The notes under the pieces are model-generated. The model ran no database searches and was not told where the DNA came from. It was given only the letters and a program-made list of their open reading frames with translations. DNA of 64,000 nucleotides, taken from positions 1 through 64,000 of IMG/VR virus record IMGVR_UViG_3300020183_000055; one strand, written 5' to 3'. This DNA is from an uncultured virus (IMG/VR IMGVR_UViG_3300020183_000055). Taxonomy: Duplodnaviria; Heunggongvirae; Uroviricota; Caudoviricetes. Shown here piece by piece: positions 9,183 to 18,679 of the stretch (position 1 is the first letter of the stretch; the number at the start of each line of letters is the position of its first letter). A program made the translations under genes and the position numbers.

Positions 9183-10208
9183 ATGTCAAAAACAAATAGA
9201 ATTTATTCTTTCTTGTCATTTAACGAAGCAGTTAGGGTAAAGGACATGACTTCAATTCCTAAGGGTTACTTGGATTCAATTACTCAGAGGGCCAAGACGA
9301 GATTGAATATAGCCAATCAGCCAGAGGGTGGATACGGAGCAGGACAAGCAGGTTCGGAAATGATGTCTAATTTTTCTAGATCTGCGCAACTTTCTCGGGG
9401 TCACGAAAAGGAATTGGAAGATTTAGCCACACGAGTAATTACCAAGTTATATAAACCCATTTTGGATTTTTATGACATAAAGTTGGACATAAAAATGTCA
9501 ACAGGTCCAGAAATGAGAAGATTTATCGATTCGGGCTTCAGGAAGACAGATGCCAACGAAGGTCCACCTCCAGGGAAAACAAGAGCTGTTATTAGGGCAA
9601 GAGGAGCGGATTTTTCAATGTTGATCCACGAAACTGTGAAGGGAATTTGGAGGGCTTTGTCACAGAATGCTGAGTCTGGGGACAGAGAACTCGATGCAGC
9701 AGTCGAATCACAATTTAGGCTTTCTGATGAACCTGATGAATGGAGATATGGACCTGAAGTAGCAAAAGATCTGAAAGATTTTATTTTTGTAAACCCCAAA
9801 GTTGAAATTTACGACAACCTCGCTGAAGAACTTTGGAGATACATGATCAATCCACAAGTTCTACCCTCAGAAGAGTTTTTAAATTTGATGTCTGGTATTT
9901 TGGATAAAACTCCAACCGCCAGAAAACAAATTGATGAACTAATCGATGTTGTAATTGAAAGAGTAGGAGAAAGAGATTTATGGTTAAAACAAGAATATGA
10001 ATATCAAGCACAGGAAGAAGAGTATAGAAAGAAACAGGAGGCTTATGATGAATATCTTGCTGCCGAAAAAGGGGAAGAAATCCCAAGAAATTTCTCTACA
10101 ATGAATCGAGAACAATTGAAAGAAATTGTAAGAAAAGCTAAAGAAGAAAATGATTTTGCAACTTTGAAACAAGTACTAGATTTCTTGAAAAATAACCCGA
10201 TGACATGA
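9183..10208 (+). CDS. Conserved large-phage hypothetical protein (probable virion protein)
   Basis: 341 aa; N-terminal YSFLSFNEA leader; MLIHETVKG and WRYGPE motifs. Confidence 0.6.
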   Translation: MSKTNRIYSFLSFNEAVRVKDMTSIPKGYLDSITQRAKTRLNIANQPEGGYGAGQAGSEMMSNFSRSAQLSRGHEKELEDLATRVITKLYKPILDFYDIKLDIKMSTGPEMRRFIDSGFRKTDANEGPPPGKTRAVIRARGADFSMLIHETVKGIWRALSQNAESGDRELDAAVESQFRLSDEPDEWRYGPEVAKDLKDFIFVNPKVEIYDNLAEELWRYMINPQVLPSEEFLNLMSGILDKTPTARKQIDELIDVVIERVGERDLWLKQEYEYQAQEEEYRKKQEAYDEYLAAEKGEEIPRNFSTMNREQLKEIVRKAKEENDFATLKQVLDFLKNNPMT

Positions 10209-10483
10209 AAAAATTGATGACCGAGATTGAAAAAAGAAAAATGATTAATCTTATCCAACAAGGGGAGGCTAAAAACACCAAAAGAATTTTGGTCATGCCA
10301 GAAGTTAAACAAGAGCTGAATAGGATTCTCGGAGAAGAGAAAGGTAAAGAATTGGCCGATTGCCTACTAAATTTAGCAACAGCGGCTGACAAATTGGATT
10401 GGCTCATGCCAACAGAACAAAGAGGAGCACAAATGCAACATGGATCTGGATTTGCAGGAGCAGTAGATATAGACTGGGAATAA
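10205..10483 (+). CDS. Hypothetical protein, translationally coupled to the upstream gene
   Basis: ATGA overlap with the upstream stop; KRKMINLIQQGEAK motif. Confidence 0.6.
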   Translation: MKKLMTEIEKRKMINLIQQGEAKNTKRILVMPEVKQELNRILGEEKGKELADCLLNLATAADKLDWLMPTEQRGAQMQHGSGFAGAVDIDWE

Positions 10484-10494
10484 AATTTTCAAAC

Positions 10495-11100
10495 ATGAAA
10501 CACGTTAGAAATTACCTATCATTCAACAAAATCAACGAATCAAGTCAAGAATTTGAAATTCTTTCTTCATTACCACCTGCTATAGACATTTCGGAATTCA
10601 CAAGAAGAATAGGTTTAAATGAAAATGAGGGGGAAAGATACACAGAACTTTGGACACAGGAAAGACCAAATTTCAAAATCCATTTTTTCCCATTCGAAAC
10701 CCAATTTCCAATATTAGGAGTATTTTTTTACGGAGAAGACGTTTGTATAAATAGCAAAGCTTTAGGACCTCCTCATATAAAAGCATTCATAGCCTTACAC
10801 GAATCAAGACACTGTGATCAATATTCCGATGGAATATTTGAGCCTCAATATTTTCAAACAGTTGTGGATGGAAATGAACAACAATTTTTAACAAATTATA
10901 GAATTCTAGAAGAAGATGCAAACACATTTGCTTTAGAAACTCTCACTGATTATGGTTTCGGAAATTTTGTTAGGTTTGAAGAAAGAAGAATAAGGGGAAA
11001 TGAAAATATGGGTCCGAAAATTTATCAAATGATGTCACAAGATATAGAAAGAACTGGTTCAACCTCTATGGCTGAATTGTTAGCAAGTCAAATATTGTAA
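10495..11100 (+). CDS. Zincin-like (HExxH) metallopeptidase-fold protein
   Basis: Likely start MKHVRNYLSFNKINES; ALHESRHCDQY with downstream LEEDAN. Confidence 0.6.
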   Translation: MKHVRNYLSFNKINESSQEFEILSSLPPAIDISEFTRRIGLNENEGERYTELWTQERPNFKIHFFPFETQFPILGVFFYGEDVCINSKALGPPHIKAFIALHESRHCDQYSDGIFEPQYFQTVVDGNEQQFLTNYRILEEDANTFALETLTDYGFGNFVRFEERRIRGNENMGPKIYQMMSQDIERTGSTSMAELLASQIL

Positions 11101-11150
11101 ACTTATTCCTTTGGACAATTTATAAATCGTATTAATTACCTTTTTACCGT

Positions 11151-12809
11151 TTATAACCCCACCAATCTTGTAACGGAATCTTTCACTTCATCTTCATCCT
11201 TTGCCAAGGCTATAACTGCCTCCACTCTTTGTCTGGTTTCATCGCTTTCCCCTGTACTTTGTTTATTTTGTGAGGTTTCTCCAAATCTCTCTTTTGCTTT
11301 TTGTATTAGGGCAAAAACTTTATCTGTTGATTCCAATATTTCTAGCTTTTCATCTGGTGTTAATTTGGGCAAAATGAATTCTTTAAAAATAGATAAAGAT
11401 GCTAAACTGTGAACTCCGGATTTTAAATATACTTCTTTAAGAGAATTCAATAATTGTCCGTTCTCGGATTCGAGTACTTCAGTAACAACTCCTAAAATGC
11501 CGTTCCATTCTTCTTGTGAAATATTCCCACCCAAATTTTGCCCTGCAACATCCCATAGAGCTCTTCCCAATACATTGTTTTTATTGGCACTTTTTTTACC
11601 AATTGCTTTTATTTTCTCTAAAGTTTTTTTCGTCATGATTTCAATCGGAATTACGTACTCTAAAGTTTTACAAAGATCTTCTGGGTAACCTAAACCTTTA
11701 AAATGGTGGTATATGGATTTTTCTGAATTTTGATGCATAATTCTACGGTCATTTTTATCATGTGAAGCAGTAACTCTTCCATTATATTTGATAGTAGTTC
11801 CAGTGAGATAATAAACATCAGATACAGGCAAATCAAGATTGAAAATGTTGATTTGGAGTCCTGGATCACTTTGGTTTCCTGCATATGAACCCCAATAGCC
11901 TCTATTTATACACCAGTTGGCTATAGCACATAAATCTTTTTGTGCTTGTTCTGTTCTACAAGACAAAACCAAATAGGGGGGTTCGTCATATACAATTCCA
12001 ACCTGGGGTGAAAGAGATCTGATTTTTTCTATAATTTCTTGATAAGATGAATCATTGAGAGCTTTTAGAGTGTTTTCAGCTTTTAGAATGAAACCTTCAA
12101 TATCTACTTCTCGTTCATAGGCTTTGAGTTTTTGTAGGAAAACGTTTGATGGCAATTTATCTTTGTAGGTGCCAATTTTTGCGGCTTCCATATCGAATTT
12201 TCTGAAAGAATTTCCTAAGTCGTATAAAGCCTGTTGTTTTTCTGGGGAGAGCTGTTTGAATTGTTTTTTGTATTTTTCGGTTAATCTGTCTATAAAATAT
12301 TTTCCTTTTTGGTTCAATTCCACAGTTCTAATTGCATCTGCTAGTGATTCAAATCCAGTAATCTGACCTTGTTCTGTCGGTCTAGAAGCATACTGATCTA
12401 CTGACATAGGCAATCTTTCGATCAAAACTTTTCTAGTTTTTAGCCAACCAAGAAGTTGACTGATGCTACTTATTTCTCTTTGATTTTGCTCGTCATCTCC
12501 GAAAAATTTTTCTGAATCGAAATTGTTGATTTCATTCCGAAATCCGATGGGAATTTCCTGGTTGAAATGAAATTTAACCATGGGAAGTGCATAACCTGTC
12601 ATGTCTTTTGTCAGCTCCATAATTTCGAGAAACTGTTTGTTTTCCAGGGCCTTTTTTTTATCCTCTTCTGTTAAATCAGCTGGTGCTATTTCTTTCCCCC
12701 GGGCTAGTCTCTTCACCATGAAAGACTTTGCTGCATCTACATTTTCAACGAGATATCCCTCTGTTTTGTAATTTTTCCAATTCGAAAAGTTATGTATGTA
12801 AGTTAACAT
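11151..12809 (-). CDS. Hypothetical (probable virion) protein, tandem paralogue A
   Basis: 552 aa; long stretches identical to 12831-14474; LCAIANWCIN motif. Confidence 0.8.
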   Translation of the reverse strand: MLTYIHNFSNWKNYKTEGYLVENVDAAKSFMVKRLARGKEIAPADLTEEDKKKALENKQFLEIMELTKDMTGYALPMVKFHFNQEIPIGFRNEINNFDSEKFFGDDEQNQREISSISQLLGWLKTRKVLIERLPMSVDQYASRPTEQGQITGFESLADAIRTVELNQKGKYFIDRLTEKYKKQFKQLSPEKQQALYDLGNSFRKFDMEAAKIGTYKDKLPSNVFLQKLKAYEREVDIEGFILKAENTLKALNDSSYQEIIEKIRSLSPQVGIVYDEPPYLVLSCRTEQAQKDLCAIANWCINRGYWGSYAGNQSDPGLQINIFNLDLPVSDVYYLTGTTIKYNGRVTASHDKNDRRIMHQNSEKSIYHHFKGLGYPEDLCKTLEYVIPIEIMTKKTLEKIKAIGKKSANKNNVLGRALWDVAGQNLGGNISQEEWNGILGVVTEVLESENGQLLNSLKEVYLKSGVHSLASLSIFKEFILPKLTPDEKLEILESTDKVFALIQKAKERFGETSQNKQSTGESDETRQRVEAVIALAKDEDEVKDSVTRLVGL

Positions 12810-12830
12810 ATTTATATGTATTATTTTCTA

Positions 12831-14474
12831 TCACCCGATCAATATTTTCAGAGAATCTTTTACTTCTTTTTCATGATCTAACAATGCTAAAGTAGTTTCT
12901 AACTTAATTTGGATTTCATCTTGGGATTGATTAATCCCTGTATTTTTCCATATTCTTTGTAGGCCTTGGAACTGTTTAAAAATTTTATCAGTTGCTACCA
13001 AAACTTGTTGCTTTTCATCTTGTGTTAGTTTTGGAAAAATGAATTGTTCAAAAATAGATAAAGATGCTAAACTATGAACCCCAGCTTCTAAATATATTTT
13101 TTTAAGAGAATTAAATAATTGTCCGTCCTCTGATTGAAGTACTTCGGCAACAACGTCTAAAATTCCGTTCCATTCTTCTTGTAAAATCATCCTATCTAAT
13201 TTTTGCCCTGCAACATCCCATAGAGCTTTTCCCAGAGCATTGTTTTTATTGGCACTTTTTTTACCAATTGCTTTTATTTTCTCTAAAGTTTTTTTCGTCA
13301 TGATTTCAATCGGAATTACGTACTCTAAAGTTTTACAAAGATCTTCTGGGTAACCTAAACCTTTGAAATGGTCGTATATGGATTTTCTTGAATCTGCATG
13401 AAAGATATTATTATTGTTTTTATCAGAAGAATGAGTAACTCTTCCATCGTATGTAATAGTAGTTCCAGTTAAATAATGAACATCAGATACAGGCAAATCA
13501 AGATTGAAAATGTTGATTTGGATCCCCGGATTGTTTACGTTTCCTGCATATGAACCCCATCTACCATTATTTATACACCAGTTGGCTATAGAACATAAAT
13601 CTATCTGTGCTTGTTCTGTTCTACAAGACAAAACCAAATAGGGGGGTTCGTCATATACAATTCCAACCTGGGGTGAAAGAGATCTGATTTTTTCTATGAT
13701 ATCTTGATAAGATGCATTATTCAGAGATTTCAAATTAGCTTGAGCTTTTAGAATAAAACCTTCGATATCTACTACTTTTTCATATGCTTTGATTTTTGAA
13801 ATGAAAGAATTCGATGGAAATTCTTTTTTTTCCTTTCCAATTGCTGCTGCTTCCATATCGAATTTTCTGAAAGAATTTCCTATGTCGTATAAAGCCTGTT
13901 GTTTTTCTGGGGAGAGCTGTTTGAATTGTTTTTTGTATTTTTCGGTTAATCTGTCTATAAAATATTTTCCTTTTTGGTTCAATTCCACAGTTCTAATTGC
14001 ATCTGCTAGTGATTCAAATCCATTGATTTGACCTGGTTCTGTCGGTCGAGAAGCATACTGATCTACTGACATAGGCAATCTCTCGATCAAAACTTTTCTC
14101 GTTTTCAGCCAACCAAGAAGTTGGCTAATGTTACTTATTTCTCTTCGGTTTTGCTCGTCATCTCCGAAGAATTTTTCTGGATCGAAATTGTTAATTTCAT
14201 TCCGAAATCCAATAGGAATTTCTTGGTCGAAATGAAATTTAACCATGGGAAGTGCATAACCTGTCATGTCTTTTACTAAATCCATAATTTCGAGAAACTG
14301 TTTGTTTTCTAAGGCCTTTTTTTTATCCTCAGGTGACAAATCAGATGGTGCTATTTCTTTTTCCCTGGCTAGTTTCTTCACCATGAAAGACTTTGCTGCA
14401 TCTACATTTTCAACAAGATATCCTTCGGATTTGTAATTTTTCCAATTTGAAAAGTTATGTATGTAAGTTAACAT
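12831..14474 (-). CDS. Hypothetical (probable virion) protein, tandem paralogue B
   Basis: 547 aa; preceded by GATATATA at 14489-14496 (minus strand). Confidence 0.8.
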   Translation of the reverse strand: MLTYIHNFSNWKNYKSEGYLVENVDAAKSFMVKKLAREKEIAPSDLSPEDKKKALENKQFLEIMDLVKDMTGYALPMVKFHFDQEIPIGFRNEINNFDPEKFFGDDEQNRREISNISQLLGWLKTRKVLIERLPMSVDQYASRPTEPGQINGFESLADAIRTVELNQKGKYFIDRLTEKYKKQFKQLSPEKQQALYDIGNSFRKFDMEAAAIGKEKKEFPSNSFISKIKAYEKVVDIEGFILKAQANLKSLNNASYQDIIEKIRSLSPQVGIVYDEPPYLVLSCRTEQAQIDLCSIANWCINNGRWGSYAGNVNNPGIQINIFNLDLPVSDVHYLTGTTITYDGRVTHSSDKNNNNIFHADSRKSIYDHFKGLGYPEDLCKTLEYVIPIEIMTKKTLEKIKAIGKKSANKNNALGKALWDVAGQKLDRMILQEEWNGILDVVAEVLQSEDGQLFNSLKKIYLEAGVHSLASLSIFEQFIFPKLTQDEKQQVLVATDKIFKQFQGLQRIWKNTGINQSQDEIQIKLETTLALLDHEKEVKDSLKILIG

Positions 14475-14515
14475 TTTTTCAATTTTTTTATATATCTTAG
14501 AAATAATTCAAAATT

Positions 14516-15088
14516 TTATTTTTTGATTTTCCAACACTCAGATTTCTGTATCATCTCTAAAAGAGGTAAAGGAATAATAGGGATATCTTCTTTTGATGTA
14601 AACTCTTTTATACCTCCGTTCCACCATTCATATTTTTTGGATTTAAAGAAAGATGGAGAGGTAAAAACTCTATCTTTAGTCAGAACATCGAACCCTATCC
14701 CATCATATTGCAAAAAATGTTTGGTTTCTAATTTGGTTCCTGTATTTCTAAAGAAAATATGGAGTCCTCCATTCAGTGAATTTTCAATCAGAAATGTGTC
14801 TGGATTTAATCCCACTCTTTCCAAAAAGAAAAAGAAATTTTGGACAGAACCGGATGGGAGATGTTCTATATCCAAACAAATTAAATCAGAATTTTGAAGA
14901 AAAATTCCAAAGAAATTAACGTCGCTTGGAATATTTTCTTTAGAAAGTAACATTTCTGAATTCAACTTCACGAATTTTTTGGAAAGTTTCTTACTTCCCA
15001 ATTCGGCTTCTACCCTCATTACGAAAGAATCAATCCCAAAAGATTTCCATTTGAGAGCTTCATCGTACATCAATTCTACCTTTGACAT
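14516..15088 (-). CDS. Bifunctional DNA primase/polymerase (Prim-Pol) N-terminal domain protein
   Basis: LICLDIE, NSLNGGLHIFFR and GFDVL...VFTSPS motifs. Confidence 0.65.
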   Translation of the reverse strand: MSKVELMYDEALKWKSFGIDSFVMRVEAELGSKKLSKKFVKLNSEMLLSKENIPSDVNFFGIFLQNSDLICLDIEHLPSGSVQNFFFFLERVGLNPDTFLIENSLNGGLHIFFRNTGTKLETKHFLQYDGIGFDVLTKDRVFTSPSFFKSKKYEWWNGGIKEFTSKEDIPIIPLPLLEMIQKSECWKIKK

Positions 15089-15933
15089 CAGAAAATTTCT
15101 TCAACAACACAATTTCCAGGAAGATCTTCTCTTCTCTTACCTAAACCAATTAAAATTGAATCTCCCCAATAAACTGGGACATCCCCAATTTTATTCATGA
15201 CACTCGAAAAAAAGTTTTCCATTGCTTCCAAATTTATGTTCTTATTTCGGGTGGGGCCGTTCAGTAAACCGACCCTCATAAAATCTATATGTTCATGAGA
15301 TTTTGAAATCATATTCAAAGTTGAATTGAAATCGATAACAGGCTCGAAACTCGCAAAGGTTTTAAATCCTAATTTGTTTATTTTTATCAATGCCTGTATT
15401 CTTTCTTCATTGGAATCTGTTCCAATCTCAACCTGATCTTGACCAGTTAGAGAAAACCCGAACGCGAACAGATCCATCTTTGGCTGCTGTCCCCACACAG
15501 TTCCATGATTTTTGAATTCCTGAATAAATTTATCATCAACCCACTTTGTGCACTTCGTCAAAACCTTGAAAGGAATATCTAAGTCGTGACAAATTTTCAT
15601 AGCCCCGTATGTTAATTCTTTGGTTTCAGGTAACATGGCATCTGTTGTCAAAGAAAAAAAAAGTCTACCTCTAGAGCGGAGAGATTCTAAATTTTCTCTG
15701 ACCTCTCCTTCAAAAATTTTTAAAGCATGATCTTCGTTTTCGAAATGTCTAATCAAATTTACCTTAGTGTCCCAATTATGTTTCAAAATGTAAGAGCAGC
15801 AACAATAGGTACATCCATTAGAACAACCGATATAAAAATTACATGTCCAAGGACTTCTTCGACCAGCCTTTTCTCTATAAACCAAACATTTGAATTTTCT
15901 TTTGGTTGAAACAAGTTTTTCTTTTATTTCCAT
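15088..15933 (-). CDS. Radical SAM protein (SplB/Rv2578c-like DNA-repair-associated family)
   Basis: NFYIGCSNGCTYC (CxxxCxxC), LTTDAM, VLTK and ASFEPVID motifs. Confidence 0.75.
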   Translation of the reverse strand: MEIKEKLVSTKRKFKCLVYREKAGRRSPWTCNFYIGCSNGCTYCCCSYILKHNWDTKVNLIRHFENEDHALKIFEGEVRENLESLRSRGRLFFSLTTDAMLPETKELTYGAMKICHDLDIPFKVLTKCTKWVDDKFIQEFKNHGTVWGQQPKMDLFAFGFSLTGQDQVEIGTDSNEERIQALIKINKLGFKTFASFEPVIDFNSTLNMISKSHEHIDFMRVGLLNGPTRNKNINLEAMENFFSSVMNKIGDVPVYWGDSILIGLGKRREDLPGNCVVEEIF

Positions 15934-15961
15934 ATTCTGTTTTCTATTCTATAATTTCTGA

Positions 15962-16306
15962 TTATTTATCCAAAAGAAAGCCTACGACAGACAAATCATC
16001 TTCCCCAGTTCTATCCAGAACTTGTTGTTTTATTTCTGGAAAGTCGTTCAAATAATATAAGAGAGTAGGATCTTGTTTTATCTTATCATCTAATATTCCT
16101 TCTAAAGTTGTACCCTCTTTTTGAGCTTGTTTCTTTAATCCGTTTAAAAACCCTTCAGGGAATTTAGGGAAATTTGTGTAAAGATCTATTGCAACTCTTC
16201 CAGATTTTTTCATTTCTTCTAAAATTTTGGAAAAAGCTTCTTCTGGGATTTTATGGAATTCGTTTTCATTCAAGAAGGTTGTAAATTTTTTTAAATGTGT
16301 ATTCAT
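15962..16306 (-). CDS. Hypothetical protein with a capsid-targeting-like leader
   Basis: MNTHLKKFTTFLNE; GATATATA at 16322-16329 (minus strand). Confidence 0.65.
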   Translation of the reverse strand: MNTHLKKFTTFLNENEFHKIPEEAFSKILEEMKKSGRVAIDLYTNFPKFPEGFLNGLKKQAQKEGTTLEGILDDKIKQDPTLLYYLNDFPEIKQQVLDRTGEDDLSVVGFLLDK

Positions 16307-16337
16307 TTTTTTTGTTTTTTTTATATATCTTCGTATT

Positions 16338-17351
16338 TCACATGATCCCGGATCTCACCAGTTCCAACAAGTTCTCAAAATCGTCCCTCAGATCTGAAGG
16401 AATTCGAATTGAATTTCTAAACTCATCTGGCAAATCGTCCCAAAATTCTGAAAGTTCAATAATTGTTGATTCGGGATTTTGGGAAATTTTGGAATTCCAG
16501 AAGTTTGAATCCAAATAGGGAAGTGTTATAATTAGTTTCTTTGCCTCTTCGGATCCATTTTCTAGAACTTCCAGCCATCCATCCATGTTCCATTCGCCCG
16601 GATCTAATTGGAATTCATCACACTGAAATTCACCACCAATTTCTTGTGGTGCTCCTGCCAGGGATTGGAGTTTGTTGCCGTAACAAAAAAAATCCCCACC
16701 AACTTTCAGTGGTGCTCCTTCTAGCGATTGGAGTTGGTTTTCATAACAACGAAAATACCCATCAACCTTCTGTGGTGCTCCTGCCAGGGATTGGAGTCCG
16801 TTGTCGGAACAATTAAAATCTCCAAAAACTTTCTGCGGGGCTCCTGCCAGGGATTGGAGTTGGTTGTAGGAACAATCAAAATCCCCATCAATTTTCCGTG
16901 GTGCTCCTTCCAGGGATTGGAGTTGGTTGAAGGAACAATTAAAATCCCCACCAACTTCCTGTGGTGCTCCTGCCAGGGATTGGAGTCCGTTGTCGGAACA
17001 ATTAAAATCTCCAAAAACTTTCTGCGGGGCTCCTGCCAGGGATTGGAGTCCGTTGTCGGAACATACAAAATTCCCATCAACTTTCTGTGGTGCTCCTTCA
17101 AGAGATTCGAGTTGAGTGTACAAACAATCAAAATCCTCAGTTACATTTCCAAATTTGACTCCAAAAAAACTTTTTGCTTCTTTGTTAATGTAGGTTCTAA
17201 AAAAGAATTTCCCCTGAATGTCAACAAGACCTGTTGTTGGATTCACGCTCCAGGTTCCTTGTGTGTAACGATTCAGAAAATCCTTCTGTTCTGAAGTCAA
17301 ACCAGAAGTATTTTTAGATTCGTAAACCCGAAAGGGAACGAGATGTCTCAT
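16338..17351 (-). CDS. LRR-like 22-aa repeat protein, paralogue A
   Basis: Start reassigned to MRHLVPFRVYES (17351) by alignment with its paralogue; 8 repeats of LQSLxGAPxxVxGxFxCxxN. Confidence 0.8.
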   Translation of the reverse strand: MRHLVPFRVYESKNTSGLTSEQKDFLNRYTQGTWSVNPTTGLVDIQGKFFFRTYINKEAKSFFGVKFGNVTEDFDCLYTQLESLEGAPQKVDGNFVCSDNGLQSLAGAPQKVFGDFNCSDNGLQSLAGAPQEVGGDFNCSFNQLQSLEGAPRKIDGDFDCSYNQLQSLAGAPQKVFGDFNCSDNGLQSLAGAPQKVDGYFRCYENQLQSLEGAPLKVGGDFFCYGNKLQSLAGAPQEIGGEFQCDEFQLDPGEWNMDGWLEVLENGSEEAKKLIITLPYLDSNFWNSKISQNPESTIIELSEFWDDLPDEFRNSIRIPSDLRDDFENLLELVRSGIM

Positions 17352-17371
17352 GCTGTATATATGCTCACATT

Positions 17372-18400
17372 TCACATGATTCCTTTCCTCACCAGATCCA
17401 ACAAGTTCTCGAAATCGTCCTTTAAATTCGAAGGAATACGAATTGAATTTCTGACATTGTCTAGCATGTCGTCCCAAAATTCTGAAAGTTCAAGAATGGC
17501 TGATTCAGGATTTTCAGAAATTTTGGAATTCCAATAAGTGGAATTGAAAAATGGAAGTGTTAGAATTAGTTCCTTTGCCTTTTGGCTATGTTTTTCAGAT
17601 CCTAAGATTTTACCACATGCTTCCATGCTCCATTCACCCGGAACTAACTCGAATTTATCACAATAAAAACCACCATTTATCTGTTTTGGTACTCCTATCA
17701 GGGATTGGAGTTTGATGCCGTTTTTTTTGCCGGTACACCAAAAATCCCCATAAACTTTCTCTGGTGCTCCCTCCAGGGATTGGAGTTGGTTTCCGCCACA
17801 TTTAAAATTCCCATAAACTTCCCGTGGTGCTCCTTCCAGTGATTGGAGTTCGTTGTAGGAACAAATAAAATCCCCACCAACTTCCTGTGGTTTTCCTTTA
17901 AGGGATTGGATTTTGTTCTCGGAAAAATCGAAATCCCTACCAACTTCCCGTGGTGCTCCTGCCAGGGATTTGAGATCGTTGGAGGAACAATTGAAACTCC
18001 CACCAACTTCCCGTGGTGATCCTTTCAGGGTTTGAAGTTGATTATACCTACAATCAAAATCCCCAACAACTTCCTGTGGTGCTCCTTCCAGAGATTTGAG
18101 ATTGTTGCCTTTACAACAAAAAAACCCACCAACTTCCTGTGGTGCTCCTTCCAGGGATTGGAGTTGGTTTCCGGCACAATAAAAATTCCCAGTTACATTT
18201 CCAAATTTAATTCCTAAAAAATTTTTCAATCCATCATTATCTGGAAAGAAATCACCCTGGATGTCAACAAGACCTGTTGTTGGATTCACGCTCCAGTTTC
18301 CTCCTTTTCTTATGTAACGATTCAGGAAAGCCTCCTGTTCTGGGGTCAAACTAGGAGGGATTCTGGATTCATAAACCCGAAAAGAAATAAGGTGTTTCAT
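17372..18400 (-). CDS. LRR-like 22-aa repeat protein, paralogue B
   Basis: MKHLISFRVYES start; 8 repeats; N- and C-caps shared with paralogue A. Confidence 0.8.
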   Translation of the reverse strand: MKHLISFRVYESRIPPSLTPEQEAFLNRYIRKGGNWSVNPTTGLVDIQGDFFPDNDGLKNFLGIKFGNVTGNFYCAGNQLQSLEGAPQEVGGFFCCKGNNLKSLEGAPQEVVGDFDCRYNQLQTLKGSPREVGGSFNCSSNDLKSLAGAPREVGRDFDFSENKIQSLKGKPQEVGGDFICSYNELQSLEGAPREVYGNFKCGGNQLQSLEGAPEKVYGDFWCTGKKNGIKLQSLIGVPKQINGGFYCDKFELVPGEWSMEACGKILGSEKHSQKAKELILTLPFFNSTYWNSKISENPESAILELSEFWDDMLDNVRNSIRIPSNLKDDFENLLDLVRKGIM

Positions 18401-18412
18401 GTTCTATATGTA

Positions 18413-18679
18413 TCAAAATTTTTGAATCAGAACATCCAATTTTGTTTTACCTTTTAAAAGTCTGTGCCATTTTCCGGCAGGAATGAAAAATTCTCCTATG
18501 GCTGGAACTGGTAAAACATCGTCTTCCTGATACATCCAATCGGTGTTACCCAAAAAAATCACAATCCTATCTTCGGAGTCTTGATGCCACTTCAGTTCGA
18601 CACTTTCAGTTGAGGGATCAAATGTTCTTTTGTATATCCCGTCAGAAATTTTATCTTCTGTGAACGGAAGGGATTTCAC
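18413..18679 (-). CDS. Small cupin-like protein
   Basis: ELKWHQDSEDR and FFIPAGKWHRLLKG. Confidence 0.6.
   Translation of the reverse strand: MKSLPFTEDKISDGIYKRTFDPSTESVELKWHQDSEDRIVIFLGNTDWMYQEDDVLPVPAIGEFFIPAGKWHRLLKGKTKLDVLIQKF

Noticed and set aside
17352..17477. 5' extension of ORF 16338-17477
   Set aside because: It overlaps the upstream paralogue; paralogue alignment places the start at 17351
16600..18190. 66-bp periodic repeats as a CRISPR array or DGR variable region
   Set aside because: The repeats are contiguous, in frame and protein-coding with no unique spacers; no cas gene, RT or template repeat is present, and AAC codons remain conserved
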